DNA of 64,000 nt from Eledone cirrhosa (taxonomy: Eukaryota). Location: positions 30,194,001 through 30,258,000 of the forward strand of contig OZ024754.1 of the NCBI GenBank assembly GCA_964016885.1. Direction: 5' to 3'. Positions 1-15,484 of the stretch are shown here, one piece after another. Each line of letters starts with the position of its first letter. Position 1 is the stretch's first letter. Made by a program: the position numbers and the translations under genes. The notes under the pieces are model-generated. The model had not been told where the DNA came from, searched no databases, and was given only the letters and a program-made list of their open reading frames with translations.

Positions 1-274
1 GTGCTTTTGGAGAGGAAAAAAACATTATATTCAGCAGACAAATATCACCAAGAAATGTTGGTAGGGAAATCTTTCAAAAAGCCGCGATTGAAAGCGATAA
101 AATATCTTTTGTCCTTTATTCATACGAAAAACAGGTCTCATAATTAATACTGTGTTTCTAAATAGTGTTGTTACGGCATAGGAAGTTACGAATATACTGA
201 TATATAATGTATATTGTGTGTGTGTATATATATATATGTGTATATGTGTGTGTGGGTGTGTGTGTGTGTGTAGG

Positions 275-442
<168 letters not shown>

Positions 443-684
443 ATATATATATATACATATATATATAAGCATATCTATATATATTTATATATAATGTATA
501 TATATATATGTGTTTTATAACAACCTCTGTTGTATTAACGAATGCTTTAAGTAGAATACAATTGAAAGTATACATGCTATACATATAATGTGTGTGTAAA
601 TATAATTGTGCTGGTCTTTGTATGTGTATGAATATGTGTATGTGTATGTGTTTCTATATGTATTACTATTAATATATGTATATG

Positions 685-772
<88 letters not shown>

Positions 773-773
773 G

Positions 774-839
<66 letters not shown>

Positions 840-841
840 GA

Positions 842-885
<44 letters not shown>

Positions 886-1490
886 TCCGTTTTCCAAACA
901 TCCCCAGATTGGAAAGGTGTTAATGCTAGCTAATAAAATGATATACAGAATACAAACAGTAAAGTGCGTAAAAAGGATTTATCGGCTTTTCAGGGCTACG
1001 TGGCCTTTTATCTCGTAAAGATTAAACAGATATACAAGGATCATAAGATGAAGTTAAAACACTATCTTTACCTTGCTAATCTAAGTGGTCGTATATTTCA
1101 TGCAGGGATAAATAGATAGATATATGAGGCTAGAAGGGATCCACCAGGTTTCTAAATACCTAAGACATGCCGTATTTCTAGTAAAATCCATTTAAGGTGG
1201 AATTGCTATTGATTATTTTCCTTTAATAACGAAATCTAGGAAGCTAATGTTGTTTGTTAGCTTCTGATATGATGTTTACTATCGAGAGTTAAATCGTATG
1301 CGAGGAATAATAAACCCTGAAAACATTGCATCATGGAGGGGTACTATATTTGTTTCACTAAATTATCCCTGAGAAAACGGTCGAGCATCTACAAGAAATT
1401 TGAAACAATCTTTTCCCTTACCATCTTTCTATAACACAATCAATCGTTTTAATCTCGTGATCCGTGAGTTTATCTAAGACTGCATGTACG

Positions 1491-2450
1491 AATAATAATT
1501 GTTTCTACTTTTGGCACAAGACCATCAAATACCCAGTACATTACTGGTACTTTATTTTATCGACCCCGTAAGGATGAAAGGCAAAGTTAACCTCGACGGG
1601 ATTTCAACTCAGACGATAAAGGGCCGTAACTCATAATAATTGTTTCTACTTTTGGCACAAGGCCAGCAATTACTCAGTATATTACTGGTACTTTAGTTTA
1701 TCGACCCCGTAAGGATGAAAGACAAAGTTAACCTAGGCGGGATTTGAACTCAGACGATAAAGGGCCGTAACTCATAATAATTGTTTCTACTTTTGGCACA
1801 AGGCCAGCAATTACTCAGTGTATTACTGGTACTTTATTTTATTGGCGCCGTAAGGATGAAAGGCAAAGTTAACCTCGGCGGGATTTGAACTCAGATCATA
1901 AAGGGAAGTAACTCTATGCTTCAAAGCATGGCGTCCGAACCTTACTGATACTGCCAATCCACCGCCCTCATAACCGTAACTCATAATAATTGTTTCTACT
2001 TTTGGCACAAGACCATCAAATACCCAGTGTATTACTGGTACTTTATTTTATCGACCCCGTAAGGATGAAAGGCAAAGTTAACCTCGGCGGGATTTGAACT
2101 CAGACCATAAAGGGACGTAACTGCCAATCCATAATAATTGTTTCTACTTTTGGCACAAGGCCAGCAATTATCCAGTGCATTACTGGTACTTTATTTTATC
2201 TACCCCGTAAGGATGAAAGGCAAAGTTAACCTCGGCTTCCATAATAATGATTTCTAATTAGGCACACAACCAACAATTTGTGGAGAATGGAAAGTGTTTA
2301 AGTCGTCTCCAGTACGTGACTGGTCCTTTATTTTTTCAACCTCAGAAGGATGAAATGCAAAGGTGACCTCAGCGGTATTTGAACACAGAATATGTAGGGC
2401 CGTAACTAACTGGTGTAATGCACTCTAATGATTCAGTCAATCCATCACTC
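1491..2450 (-). repeat. Head-to-tail array of six tRNA-derived SINE units
   Basis: Unit starts (GTTTCTAC) at 1501, 1642, 1783, 1992, 2140 and ~2249. Minus strand reads B-box GAGTTCAAATC plus core TTTCATCCTTACGGGGTCGATAAAATAAAGTACCAG. Confidence 0.85.
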
Positions 2451-2558
2451 TTTCCTGTACGAATAATAATATTAATTATAATTATTATATTCGACAGTGG
2501 CACCTTCTAAGTTCACACACACATGTGTGTGTGTGTAAATATATATAAATGCGTGTAT

Positions 2559-2692
<134 letters not shown>

Positions 2693-2721
2693 AAATCTGT
2701 GTAATCCTTGGTACAGTTAGG

Positions 2722-2920
2722 TATATTAAGACAGGGGGGAAGAAAAAATGGCTTCACTTGTGCTTTCAACAAATTTATTTTCTTCACAAAATCCAAAAAG
2801 AATTTTTCTTAAAAAAAAAATTATTTTATAAATTAAGTTGTTGGTTGTTGGTTAGGTCTTAGGAGTTCTTGGTTAACGTAGGAGGTATTGTTTCGTTTAA
2901 TGTATGTATGTATATGTATG

Positions 2921-2978
<58 letters not shown>

Positions 2979-2984
2979 AGTGTG

Positions 2985-3021
<37 letters not shown>

Positions 3022-3811
3022 ATGTGTATATGTGTGTGTGTATATATATTTATATATATACCCATGTGGAGGTATGAGTACATATTCGTGTGTGTACGTA
3101 TGTGTATGTGTGTTTTTATATGTGTCTCTATATGTTTTTGTGTATGTATTTGTACATGGGTGTGTGATTGATGGTGTGTGCCTATATATTCCTACATATG
3201 TCCGTGTGTGTATGTACATATATGCGCACATATGTGTGTGTTGAACAAAGGACTAACTTTGGGATGGACGTAGAAAAATTCTTCAGGAAAAAAAGAAAAA
3301 AATAATTATTCACAAACTTGACAGGTGCGATTTGCCTGTGACCATTCTCAACACAAAAGCAATGCTAAAAGCTTTTTCCCCTGAATAAAGGAATTTTTCG
3401 AGAATGACCGGGGCAGGCCGCACTTGCTACATTTCTCCCCACCCAACCCTACTCACCGTCTCAACTCATTACTGCTATGAACACTTTTTCAACACACTTA
3501 CACCCATGCACTTATTAAAGGGGGAGAAAAGAAACCCCCACCACACCACAGACATGTTAAATCCCTATATATAGAACAACACACCACATACACATCAGTT
3601 TGACAAGCGCACCTCAGCGTGAAAGATCTTTCTAAAAACGAAACAATACCTCCTACGTTAACCAAGAACTCCTAAGACCTAACCAACAACCAACAACTTA
3701 ATTTATAAAATAATTTTTTTTTAAGAAAAATTCTTTTTGGATTTTGTGAAGAAAATAAATTTGTTGAAAGCACAAGTGAAGCCATTTTTTCTTCCCCCCT
3801 GTCTTAATATA
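2722..3811. repeat. ~175-bp near-perfect inverted repeats (2722-2898 / 3636-3811)
   Basis: Arms are visible reverse complements. The ORF track shows [31 protein letters not shown] on both strands. Confidence 0.92.
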
Positions 3812-3964
3812 TATATATATATATATATAACGAAGGAAATGTGGTAAGGAACCAGGTGGACCATAACGCACCAAAGTACTCAATACTTAGGGTAGTAGAG
3901 TGGGTAATAGGAACAAGTAAGACCCCGAGGGCTGAGGGAACCAGCCGTCGGGGTCTTACTTGTT

Positions 3965-4008
<44 letters not shown>

Positions 4009-4207
4009 AATGTATGTATGTATAGTATATTTGGCAATATACTGTATGTTTAATTAAAAACATTTAGAAGACCATTCGCTATGAGTTTTAAAGTAGTGAC
4101 TATGTCACTTATGTTAGTGTGTGTTGTGTCAAGAGTTTCCATAGACTAGATAAAGGAAAAAGACCGCTTTATGTTATGTACAGAGCTATGCTATATTATT
4201 ATATATA

Positions 4208-4398
4208 CGGTGGATTGGCAGTATTGGTAGAGGGCCGGACGCCATGCTTTGACGCATAGAGTTACGGCCCTTGCCATTCTGAGTTCAAATCCCTCCGAGG
4301 TTAACTTTGCCCTTCATCCTTATGGGGTCGATAAAATAAAGTACCAGTAATACACTGGGTAATTGTTGGCCTTGTGCCAAAAGTAGAAACAATTATTA
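4208..4398 (+). mobile_element. tRNA-derived SINE, same family as the array
   Basis: A-box-like GGTGGATTGGCAG, B-box GAGTTCAAATC, conserved core, ATTATT tail. Related copies at 21915-22130, 40085-40225 and 57040-57190 (minus strand). Confidence 0.8.
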
Positions 4399-4784
4399 TA
4401 TATATACATTTTCAACACAGTTGCATGTTACGTAAGGTTTCAAAGCTTACTCTAACGATTTTGAAACGATCTTAATAACTCAGCTAAGCCTGCAATAGAA
4501 TTTTTTCTGATACCACAGTATCAATGTGCAGCGAATTAACAGTGGTTAGAACGTCAGATAGAATGCTTTGCAGTATATGTTCCGGCTCTCTCCGCTAGGA
4601 ATACAAATCTGCCGAGATTAACTTTGCCTGTTATCCTTCGATGGAGATTTAAAAATATACCATTCTAGTATTGATGTCGATTCTTCTTCTATATCTCTTT
4701 CTCACTTCCTCCCTATCACACACACTCTCTCTCTGTCTGTCTCTCTCTCTCTCACTCCCTCTCTCTCTCCCTCCCTCTCTCTCC

Positions 4785-4818
<34 letters not shown>

Positions 4819-4911
4819 CCTTCTCTGGAAGAAATCCCCTGTGTTCCAACCTAAAAAAGAACTTGGCTCCGCCAGGTCTAAAGTGCCGAACACCATCAGA
4901 GCTACGAGTTA

Positions 4912-4986
<75 letters not shown>

Positions 4987-5826
4987 TAAGATGTTGCAAA
5001 TTAATACCGGTGTGAATTCAATCATGGAACTGTCTGTTGATTGTCTCTGTTCCTACCTCCATTAAAATTATTCTATAAATTATCAGCCACACTATTTGCC
5101 AATTCTTATGGTTTTCCTTTTTTTATTTTTTATTTTTTATTTTTGTCTTTGGGGTTTTTTTTTAAACCAGATTCGTTCTCTGAAGAATTGTCTTTTCTTC
5201 CATAGCAAGTTGTTGGTGTTAATAGTAAAGACATAAAGATAAACAGACAAAATGAACGAATCAACCATAATTAGATGACAATTCCTCTCTGAAATAACCA
5301 AACCGTGAAATTAATTTAGCGTTTATATAATAAATTTTCGATCGCTGTTCTCCGCGACTGTGCCTCCGCCATTTTGTCCGCAAGGTGTAGTTGCGATACA
5401 CCCCCTAAAACTGACTTGTACAGCCTGCTGCCTCCTCCTTTTCCTCTCCCTCCTTTTCCCTTACTTTCTCTATTTCACTTTTTAATTTCTTTCTTTTTCT
5501 ATGTTTTTTATATGTAAACATAAAACTCAATTGAAATTTGGTGAATAAACGGAAATAATAGATTAATCATTTTGTATCTTTTGTTTACCGATTTTTGTTT
5601 GTTTGTTTTTTGCTTTTTTTCGTGTGTTTATTTCGTTGTAGGGTGGAGTGGGGGCATTTTTTCTGTTCGTTTTCAATAATAATTTCAAAACTGTTCTTTA
5701 TGTCTGTGTTCTGTTTTATTCTTTGACAGATATCAAGTCGGTTGTTACATATGTGTTTGTGTATAATCAAACTACACAGTACTATGAAGAAATATATTAG
5801 TTTAACGCTTGAATTAATTGGGAAAA

Positions 5827-5865
5827 GGTCTTAAAGTTTCGGACACCAGTCCTTCATCGGGAGAT
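5827..5865 (-). ncRNA. Minimal hammerhead-like motif, core mutated
   Basis: Minus strand TCTC-CCGATGA-A-GGAC TGGT GTCC-GAAA-CTTTA-AGAC. CUGA core changed to CCGA. Confidence 0.45.
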
Positions 5866-6927
5866 AGCATGAGAAATAAAAGATGAAATAGAAAGACAGA
5901 GAAGGCGTATTCAGTCAGCCATTTTGAAGAGATGTATATATATATATACATTGTGTATATACTTGTGTATCTAAGTTTTTCAATACAAATACTAACACAC
6001 CCATACATATGTGTACGAATGTGTGTATGTGTGTGTATATGTGCGTGTGTGTGTCTGTTATATTGAAAGCACGGTTATGCTTCAATTTGATCAATTTTAT
6101 TAAGAATTCTTCGTATTTCCATACTATATACCCTGGTTATATTAAAAATCTCATGAAACGAATCATAACATGCATTGCTGAAACAGAAAAAAAACTCTTC
6201 GTTAACAGGCAACCACAGCCGGGTAAACTATAGAATGTACTGCAAATGATCAATATAATACATGCATTTCAATATAAACATGAAACTGGTGAAGTTCATT
6301 ATCAAAATTGCAGCATTGCTCACACAAGCACGACATTTTACCGTCGGTTAATCATGCACTTGCAATAAGAAACCATCGCAACACGTTCTCATGCAAAAGA
6401 AAACTAGATATGACAGCATTAGTTGATAACGCTGTTAAAACTGTATATAGAATTCCCCGCAAAATAAGGTGAATATCTGATGACAGAATATAAACCGAAA
6501 CTTAACACTCAGATACAGCATACGGGAAATCAATTATAATAACAGCCATATTTCAACCTTTGAGAAATTTTTAATCAAGTGTCCATGATTTCCTACCAAT
6601 CCAAGGATTCTTTACGACTACTGCTAAGTACATGAACAATACGCCAGCCATTGGTTTGATTATACTGGTTCTGAAAATGAGACTGAAGATTTCGAAACGT
6701 CAATACACATGGTTTTAGCAATGCTAAAGTTCCAAACTAAGCACAAAGAACTAATGAAAAAATACGAAAAACCCTTAATAAAAAAATTATCAATCTGGCA
6801 CCCTCTTAGATTTTTCTGGAGGAATACTACCTTTGTCTGGATCCTAAGTTTTTCTATCCATTTTATTAACTTCTTGGTCACACAACAAAGAGCACCTATC
6901 ACTATTGGTATGACCTCACATTATTAA

Positions 6928-7308
6928 GTGGATTGGCAGTATCAGTAGACGGTCTGACGCCATGCTTTGCAGCAAAGAGTAACGGCCCTGTATGGTCTGA
7001 GTTCAAATCCCGCCGAGATTAACTTTGCTTTTCATCCTTACGGGGTCGATAAAAAAGTACCAGTAATGTAATTGCTGGCCTTGTGCCAAAAATAGAAACA
7101 ATTATTAGAGCGTCGGTCACCATGCTTCATGGCAGAGAGTTATGCCCCTTTAAGTTCTAAGTTCAAATCCCACCAAGGTTAGCTTTACCTTTCATCCTTA
7201 CGGGTTCGATAAAATAAAGTACCAGTAATATACTGGGGTCGATTTAATCAACTTTCCCTTCCCCTTCAAATTGCTGGCCTTGTGCCTATAGTAGAAACAA
7301 TTATTATT
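6928..7308 (+). mobile_element. Two tandem SINE copies followed by a (GTT)n expansion to ~7625
   Basis: Same SINE core occurs twice. The ATT tail grades into a GTT microsatellite. Confidence 0.8.
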
Positions 7309-7768
7309 GTTGTTGTTGTTGATGTAATTGTTGAGGTTGTTGTTGTTGTATATGTAATCGTTGTTGTTGTTATTGTTGTTGTTGTTGTAATTGTTGTGGT
7401 TGTTGTTGTTTATGTAATCGTTGTTGATGTAATTGTTGTTGTAATTGCTGTTGTTGTTATTGTTGTTGTTGTTGTAATTGTTGTTATTGTTGTTGTAATT
7501 GTTGTTGTTGTTGTTGTTGTTGTAATTGTTGTTGTTGTTATTGTTGTTGTTGTAATTGTTGTTGTTGTAATTGTTGTTGTTGTTGTAATTGTTGTTGTTG
7601 TTGTTGTTGTTGTTGTGGCTGTTGTTTTGTCAACATATCACTTCCATATTTTTCTATAATCTGGTACCATAAAGTCTACTGTCCCCTCTAACAGATTCAT
7701 TATCAAAGATGGACGAGACATGCTTGCTGCTGCTGCTGCTATCCGCACACAAACACACACAGAAAACT

Positions 7769-7829
<61 letters not shown>

Positions 7830-8499
7830 ATATATATATGTGTGTGTTTGTGTCAGTATGTATGTCTGTATGTATGCATGTGTGCGCATGTGTATATGTG
7901 TATGTATATGCATGTATGCATGTGTGTATGCATGTCTGCATATATATATATATATATATGTGTGTGGGTGTGTGGGTGGGGGGGGGGGGGGGGGTAGACG
8001 AAAGAGAACACGATATAGTTTAGCCACTGACGAATGGCGTGAAGCTCGACAGTTAGATTGAACTCTCATTCTACATCGCATAAGTTATTGTCATTTGATC
8101 TGCTCTGCATATCAATATTTCATTGTTCATTTTTCATTTTCTTTCTCAACTCAAATAATTCTACCCCCCCCCCCCCCCCCCCGTCATTTTCTTTCTTTTT
8201 ACTTTCTTTTCTTTTTTCTGTAGCCATTCAAATGGTCTTTCATTTTTTTTTTTTTTTTCATGTGAACATTTAACATCTCATCTCATGTCAGATGATGAAA
8301 CGAACGAAGAAGTCCTATTGATTTGATTGACGTGTCATGGTGCTCTGTTGTTGCTTCACTGGTGATGGGGGAAAAGTTTTCAAAATCAAAAATCGTGTGG
8401 TTTGGGATGTAACTTTGGAAATATTTTTACAATAAATTTCGTATCACCTTCTATTTATTCAAACCCTACTTTAACTGATATGCTTACACGTATCTGTTT

Positions 8500-10410
<1,911 letters not shown>

Positions 10411-10531
10411 TTGGTGCATTGTGATAGAAAGAGGTGGGTGTTGTAGTTTGATTGAAGTACTGTGTAAAGTTTAGAACTAGTGTGTTATTTGAAGGTTGCC
10501 ACAATGCCAATAGAACAGTAATCGTTTTAGT

Positions 10532-10572
10532 GATCCTTATATTTCGGGATAAAATCCCTTCATCAAAAGAAT
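10532..10572 (-). ncRNA. Minimal hammerhead-like motif, core mutated
   Basis: Minus strand TTCTT-TTGATGA-A-GGGA TTTTA TCCC-GAAA-TATA-AGGAT. Confidence 0.4.
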
Positions 10573-11499
10573 AATTGAGTAAACTAATTGTAGGGTATTT
10601 AGTGTCTCTTTTACGCTGCTATTTATTTATGTTTTTCTATATTTCTATATTTTTTTGTTGTGTATATTTTCCAATCACAGTTCATCCTCTTAATAAACAT
10701 CGTTGTAACATCCTTATATATTTGTTATATTATATCTGACTGTCACCGCTATTGAACTCTTTCTTCCATTAATAAACAATCACTTTAAAGCTATTAAACC
10801 CTCCACATATTCCTCTTTCTTCCTTCCGTTCATAATCAGATCTATTATACTACAACGCATACACAAAATTTTTGCCTTCCATAAAGAAACGTTCACTTCA
10901 AAACCTATTTCTAATTAACGTATCGTTGTAAAGGCTTAAAGTTCAACTTTTAGATTCTAAAAATTAATGAATAATATTTATTCCTTCATTCTTTTTGTTT
11001 TCATTCTTTCTCTCTCGAGCTAAAACGCATTGATTTCTTGGAGAAGAAAATGTATTCCATGCACTCAATTTTATTTTCTTTCATCCAAGTTTATGAGTGT
11101 GTTTTGTAGTACACAGTTTGAATAATGAATACAATGATGAATAAAGAGAGCAGTTTAGCGGGAAGATTAAAGTTTGGTTTTTCATTTAAGTTCTTAGCTT
11201 CCAAAATCCATTAAATGCTGAGTTTTTAACAACAAGAATTTGTTATGTGACTCACGGTTGAAAAGATCCGCGTTAGCAAGAATATGTATAATGGACGCAA
11301 GAATGGTTATGCGGTTAAGAAGTTGGCTTTGCAAACATGTAGTTCTATATGGAATCCCATTGCGTAGAACCTTGCGCAAATAACTTCTAGTATAGCCATT
11401 GTTTTAAAACATCTTATGAGTGGTATTTGGTCGGCAGAACTTAAATGAGAGCCCGTTGTATATACGTGCGGGTGTGTGTGTGTGTGTGTGTGCTATATG

Positions 11500-12868
11500 A
11501 TCGATTCTTGAGGTGGCCTGGTCGGGAATCGGCCTCCAGGTCAACTCGGCCAAGTCGGAGGTGGTGAATGTCAGCCTCGATGCTGCGAGCTTTGCAGCCT
11601 CCGTCTTGGACGTGCGGTCCATTCTCCGCCAGGTTCAGGTGACCCCCAAAGAGGATGTCCTCATCCTCGGGTCACCGATTCACCCGCCGGCCATCCGCAC
11701 CACCATCAGGTCCAGGCTTCAACAGCTCCAGACTCTCACGAGCTGACTGGGCTTGATTGAAGGCTACCCAGCTCTCTTTCTGCTGAGGAACTGCTTCGCC
11801 ATGCCGAAGCTCCTGTATACACTACGCAGCGCTCCGTGCTACACCCAGACATCTCTCCTCGATGACCTCGATACTTGTATCCGAGCAGCAGCCGAGGAGA
11901 TATGCAGCGTCATTTTTGACGACATAGGGTGGCAACAGGCCATTTTACCTGTTAGGTATGGCGGCCTTGGCCTCCGGTCCCCGATCTCACTAGCTTTGCC
12001 GGCGTATCTTTCGTCGGTAACCTCGTGCTGCGTCCTCGTCAGCAGGGTTCTTCAAAACACAACAGAACCCTCTGTGTTCAGAGAACGTGGGACCGGCTGT
12101 GACTTAGCCCAGTAGACGTCCCTCCTCCTTCTCCCCTTGTTGACGTCAAGTCCCCCCAACGCACTTGGGATGCCATCCAGTGCAGCCTGGCCTCGGACAG
12201 GCTCACGCGCCAGCTCGACCAGCACCACCTTGCTTGTTTTCGTGCGGCCTCCAAACCCCATGGTGGTGCCTAGCTCCATGCCCTGTCCCCCTCCTCCACT
12301 GGCACTAGACAACTATAGCCTGCGCATCGGCGTTTCCCTGAGGCTCGGCCTCCGGATCTGCCAGCCACACCAATGTCGCTGTGGTTCCACCGTGGACTCT
12401 TTCGGCCTCCATCCGCTTTCCTGTCGCCACAGTGCCGGCCGCATTCCACGCCATGCTGCCCTCAACGAGGTCATTAAGCATGGCTTGGACGCTGCAGGCT
12501 TCCCTTCCCAGCTCGAGCCGGTGGGGATGGATCGAGGGGACGGCAAAAGGCCAGATGGCATGACCATCTTGCCGTTCCGCAGTGGCAAACCTCTCGTCTG
12601 GGATGCCACTTGCACCGACACTTTCTGCAGCCACAACCTGGTGCAGTGTGCGACTGACCTAGGTTCTGCTGCACGTCGGGCTGAGGGGGCCAAACTTCTC
12701 AAATACCGGTCGCTCTCCGACAGGTTTGCGGTCGTTCCCCCTGGCAGTGGAGACTTCTGGTGTCCTCGGCCCCAGGGCTACCTCCTTACTCACCACCATA
12801 GGCGCTGAGCTGGCCAGCCGCAGGTGTGAGCCCCACGAGTTGGAATGGCTTTTCCAGCGCGTCTCCCG
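11500..12868 (+). mobile_element. Non-LTR retrotransposon fragment with restriction-like endonuclease, CRE-clade-like, disrupted
   Basis: RT thumb motif WQQAILPVRYGGLGLRS, Zn knuckle CRC...HPLSC, RHAALN, and RPDG...WDAT PD-(D/E)xK nuclease. Has stops and frameshifts. Markedly GC-rich relative to flanks. Confidence 0.88.
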
Positions 12869-12869
12869 A

Positions 12870-13018
12870 AATAAACGAAAGATATAACTTTATAACATCG
12901 CTATTTATTTCATTATATATATTTCGGAAATGCAAAAGTTTATGTTAAACACAATTTTTTGCATCCCCAAAATATATATAATGAAATAAATAGTGATGTT
13001 ATAAAGTTATCGTTTATT
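12870..13018. mobile_element. Palindromic foldback/MITE-like element abutting the CRE LINE fragment
   Basis: ATAACTTTATAACATCGCTATTTATTTCATTATATATATTT pairs with AAATATATATAATGAAATAAATAGTGATGTTATAAAGTTAT. Confidence 0.75.
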
Positions 13019-13191
13019 ACTATTATTATCATAATACTCCAGATAAGTTTTACAGTCGAGTGCTTCGTATCTGTTATGAACATAACTCAGTTGATTACAT
13101 ATCAACGAAGTCTTTAACTCATTATATATATATATAACATAAAACAATATGGCGTAGGACAGGACAAAGGAGAGACACAAAATAAAACCTA

Positions 13192-13234
13192 GTCACTGAA
13201 GAGGTCATAGAAGGTGTGACGAAAGTGCTTTGAC
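13192..13234 (+). ncRNA. Minimal type I hammerhead-like motif
   Basis: GTCA-CTGAAGA-G-GTCAT..GTGAC-GAAA-GTGC-TT-TGAC. 4-bp stem I, 1-nt core insertion, rudimentary stem III. Confidence 0.55.
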
Positions 13235-13292
13235 AATTAATAAACAACCTTCCGGTTATCAAATCAACCAACCAACCGGTAATTTATGATAA

Positions 13293-13371
<79 letters not shown>

Positions 13372-13375
<4 letters not shown>

Positions 13376-13770
13376 ATATAATTGAATATACAAGAGAGAT
13401 AAACACAAATATAAGCATACATGTGTTTGAATTGTAAAAGACCAAGTTCACTAGGGAGAAAAAAAAATACTAACTATAACAATATGGTGGAAGGATTACT
13501 AATTTTTACACCTACTGAAGAGCAGAAAGTTGGTGATTCCTTCGCTTAATAATTTGCGAAACAGCTCCTATAGCTGTCTAGGTGTTTCGGGCAGTTGCCC
13601 AATATAGGTTTGTTCTTCTTTTTCTTGATTTATTACTTTAAATTAAGTCTGGCAAACCATATTGTTATAGTTAGTATTTTGTTCACCCTAGTGAACTTGG
13701 TCTCTTACAATTCGAACACATGTATGTTTATATTTGTGTTTATCTCTCTTGTATATTCAATTATATTACA
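13372..13770. repeat. ~115-bp inverted repeats (13372-13488 / 13656-13770) enclosing the hammerhead
   Basis: TGTAATATAATTGAATATACAAGAGAG...AATATGGT is the reverse complement of ACCATATT...CAATTATATTACA with few mismatches. Confidence 0.9.
13508..13585 (+). ncRNA. Type I hammerhead ribozyme, canonical core
   Basis: Stem I ACACCTA/TAGGTGT, CTGAAGA, stem II GCAGA/TTTGC, GAA, stem III ACAGCT/AGCTGT, GTC triplet. Predicted cleavage after C13578. Confidence 0.85.
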
Positions 13771-13911
13771 CGGCTAAGAAAAACTTCTTTCTTGGAGCTA
13801 TTTAATTGTAAGAGACTATTTTGAGTTTCTAACACAATATCTGGTATATATATGTATATATATACATAAAAAGTTATTGATCTCTGTCCCTGGTTTCCCT
13901 TATATCATGTA

Positions 13912-14740
13912 TACGAGCTGTGTCAGAAAAGAATCAGGCCTGGGGTCGCAAAAAAAAGAATATTTCAAATCAAAAGTACAACCTACAAGTTTTCCTCTTC
14001 GAAATAATTCCCCTCGAGTTTAATGCACTTTCCCATTCTTCTCCGCCACGCCTCCAAACATTCCTGGAAGGTTTCTTCGCAGCTCCATTGTCACGGCCCA
14101 CTTGATGGCTTCAACGTCCGGAAAACGGGTCCCCTTGACTCAGTACCGATGATGTCACTCCCCAACAAGTCAGGTTCGGTTTCGAGACGCCCGAAGATGA
14201 CCTGACACACCTGCATGTACTTCTCCTTGTGGACATCGTTCAGCACCTTCGACACCATCTTCGCGCAGATCTTCTACATGCTCAAATCTTCGGCGATAAT
14301 CTTCCTAATGCTGTCGTGGTTCACGCCCGGCTTACTTGCGATCAGTCGAACAGTCAGCCGACGATCACAATGCACCACCTACCTGACGCGCTCAACACTG
14401 GCTTCCGTCCTGCTCGTTGAAGGCCTTCCGCTCCTGAGGTCGTCTTCCACATCCTCGCGTCCCTCTTTGAACCTTGTGTGCCACTCGAAAACCCGTGAAC
14501 ATGACATCGTCTCATCTCCGTGCACTTGCTGTAGTATTCCGAGTGCTTCTGACGGAGTTTTCCCCAGTCGGACCAGAAACTTCAGGCTGGTTCGTTGTTC
14601 TGTACTCGTCGTTCGACGGCCTAAAATTGAGGAATTGTTTACAAAAGCACTTGAAGAAACATACAATGGCTGCAGAGAGTTGAGATCGCAGTTATATGCT
14701 CCTCGGATATTATGTCACACGATGACGCAACCCGCTAATC
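13912..14740 (-). mobile_element. Mariner transposon remnant, internally deleted
   Basis: EQRTSLKFLVRLGKTPSEALGILQQVHGDETMSCSRVFEWHTRFKEGREDVEDDLRSGRPSTS (mariner HTH and GRP linker). TA-CGAG... TIR-like end at 13912. Confidence 0.85.
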
Positions 14741-14828
14741 CTTACCCCACTCATTCGCATCTCATATTTATGGATGCCTCTGTGTGTACACACACAGGCA
14801 TCCATAAATATGTATATGTGCGAGTACG

Positions 14829-14907
<79 letters not shown>

Positions 14908-15445
14908 TGTCTGTGTGTGTGTGCGTACTCGCACATATACATATATGTGAGTGTGTATGCGTGGGTGTGTGTGTATATACAAATATATATATATTTACGT
15001 GTGTGTGTCTGAATTATTTTGTTTTTGAAAAGTAGCAGATGAATCGAAAGAGATTCCAAGTCCGTTGAAACAAAAGCCCTGAAATGTCCTCGTATTGCTT
15101 TAAAAAGAATTACTTAATACAGGGGAAATCACTCTTGATTGCAGACAGTTTTAATTCTGTTTTACCAACCAGCGTTACTTCCCTTGTAAATAGCGTCGGC
15201 AATTTAATTATTGAATTTTACCTGATTTATTATATTTCTGACGTCGCTCGCTGCAGAACAGTTTCTGAAAGGGGAATTCGTTCGAAATGTACAGATATTT
15301 TGGTTTTTCGCGTTGATGTTCACCGATATTCTCTCTCCATCTCGCGCACGCGTATATACATGATTCCCCTTTCAGTAGCTGTTATGCACCGACCAATAAA
15401 CGATCCTTTTTCCATCGTGATGCCAGAAATACAATAAATCGGACA

Positions 15446-15484
<39 letters not shown>

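Noticed and set aside
4208-4290. tRNA-like A/B boxes
   Set aside because: SINE heads; no complete cloverleaf.
14215-15012. 265-aa plus-strand ORF
   Set aside because: Antisense of the mariner transposase running into a (CA)n repeat.
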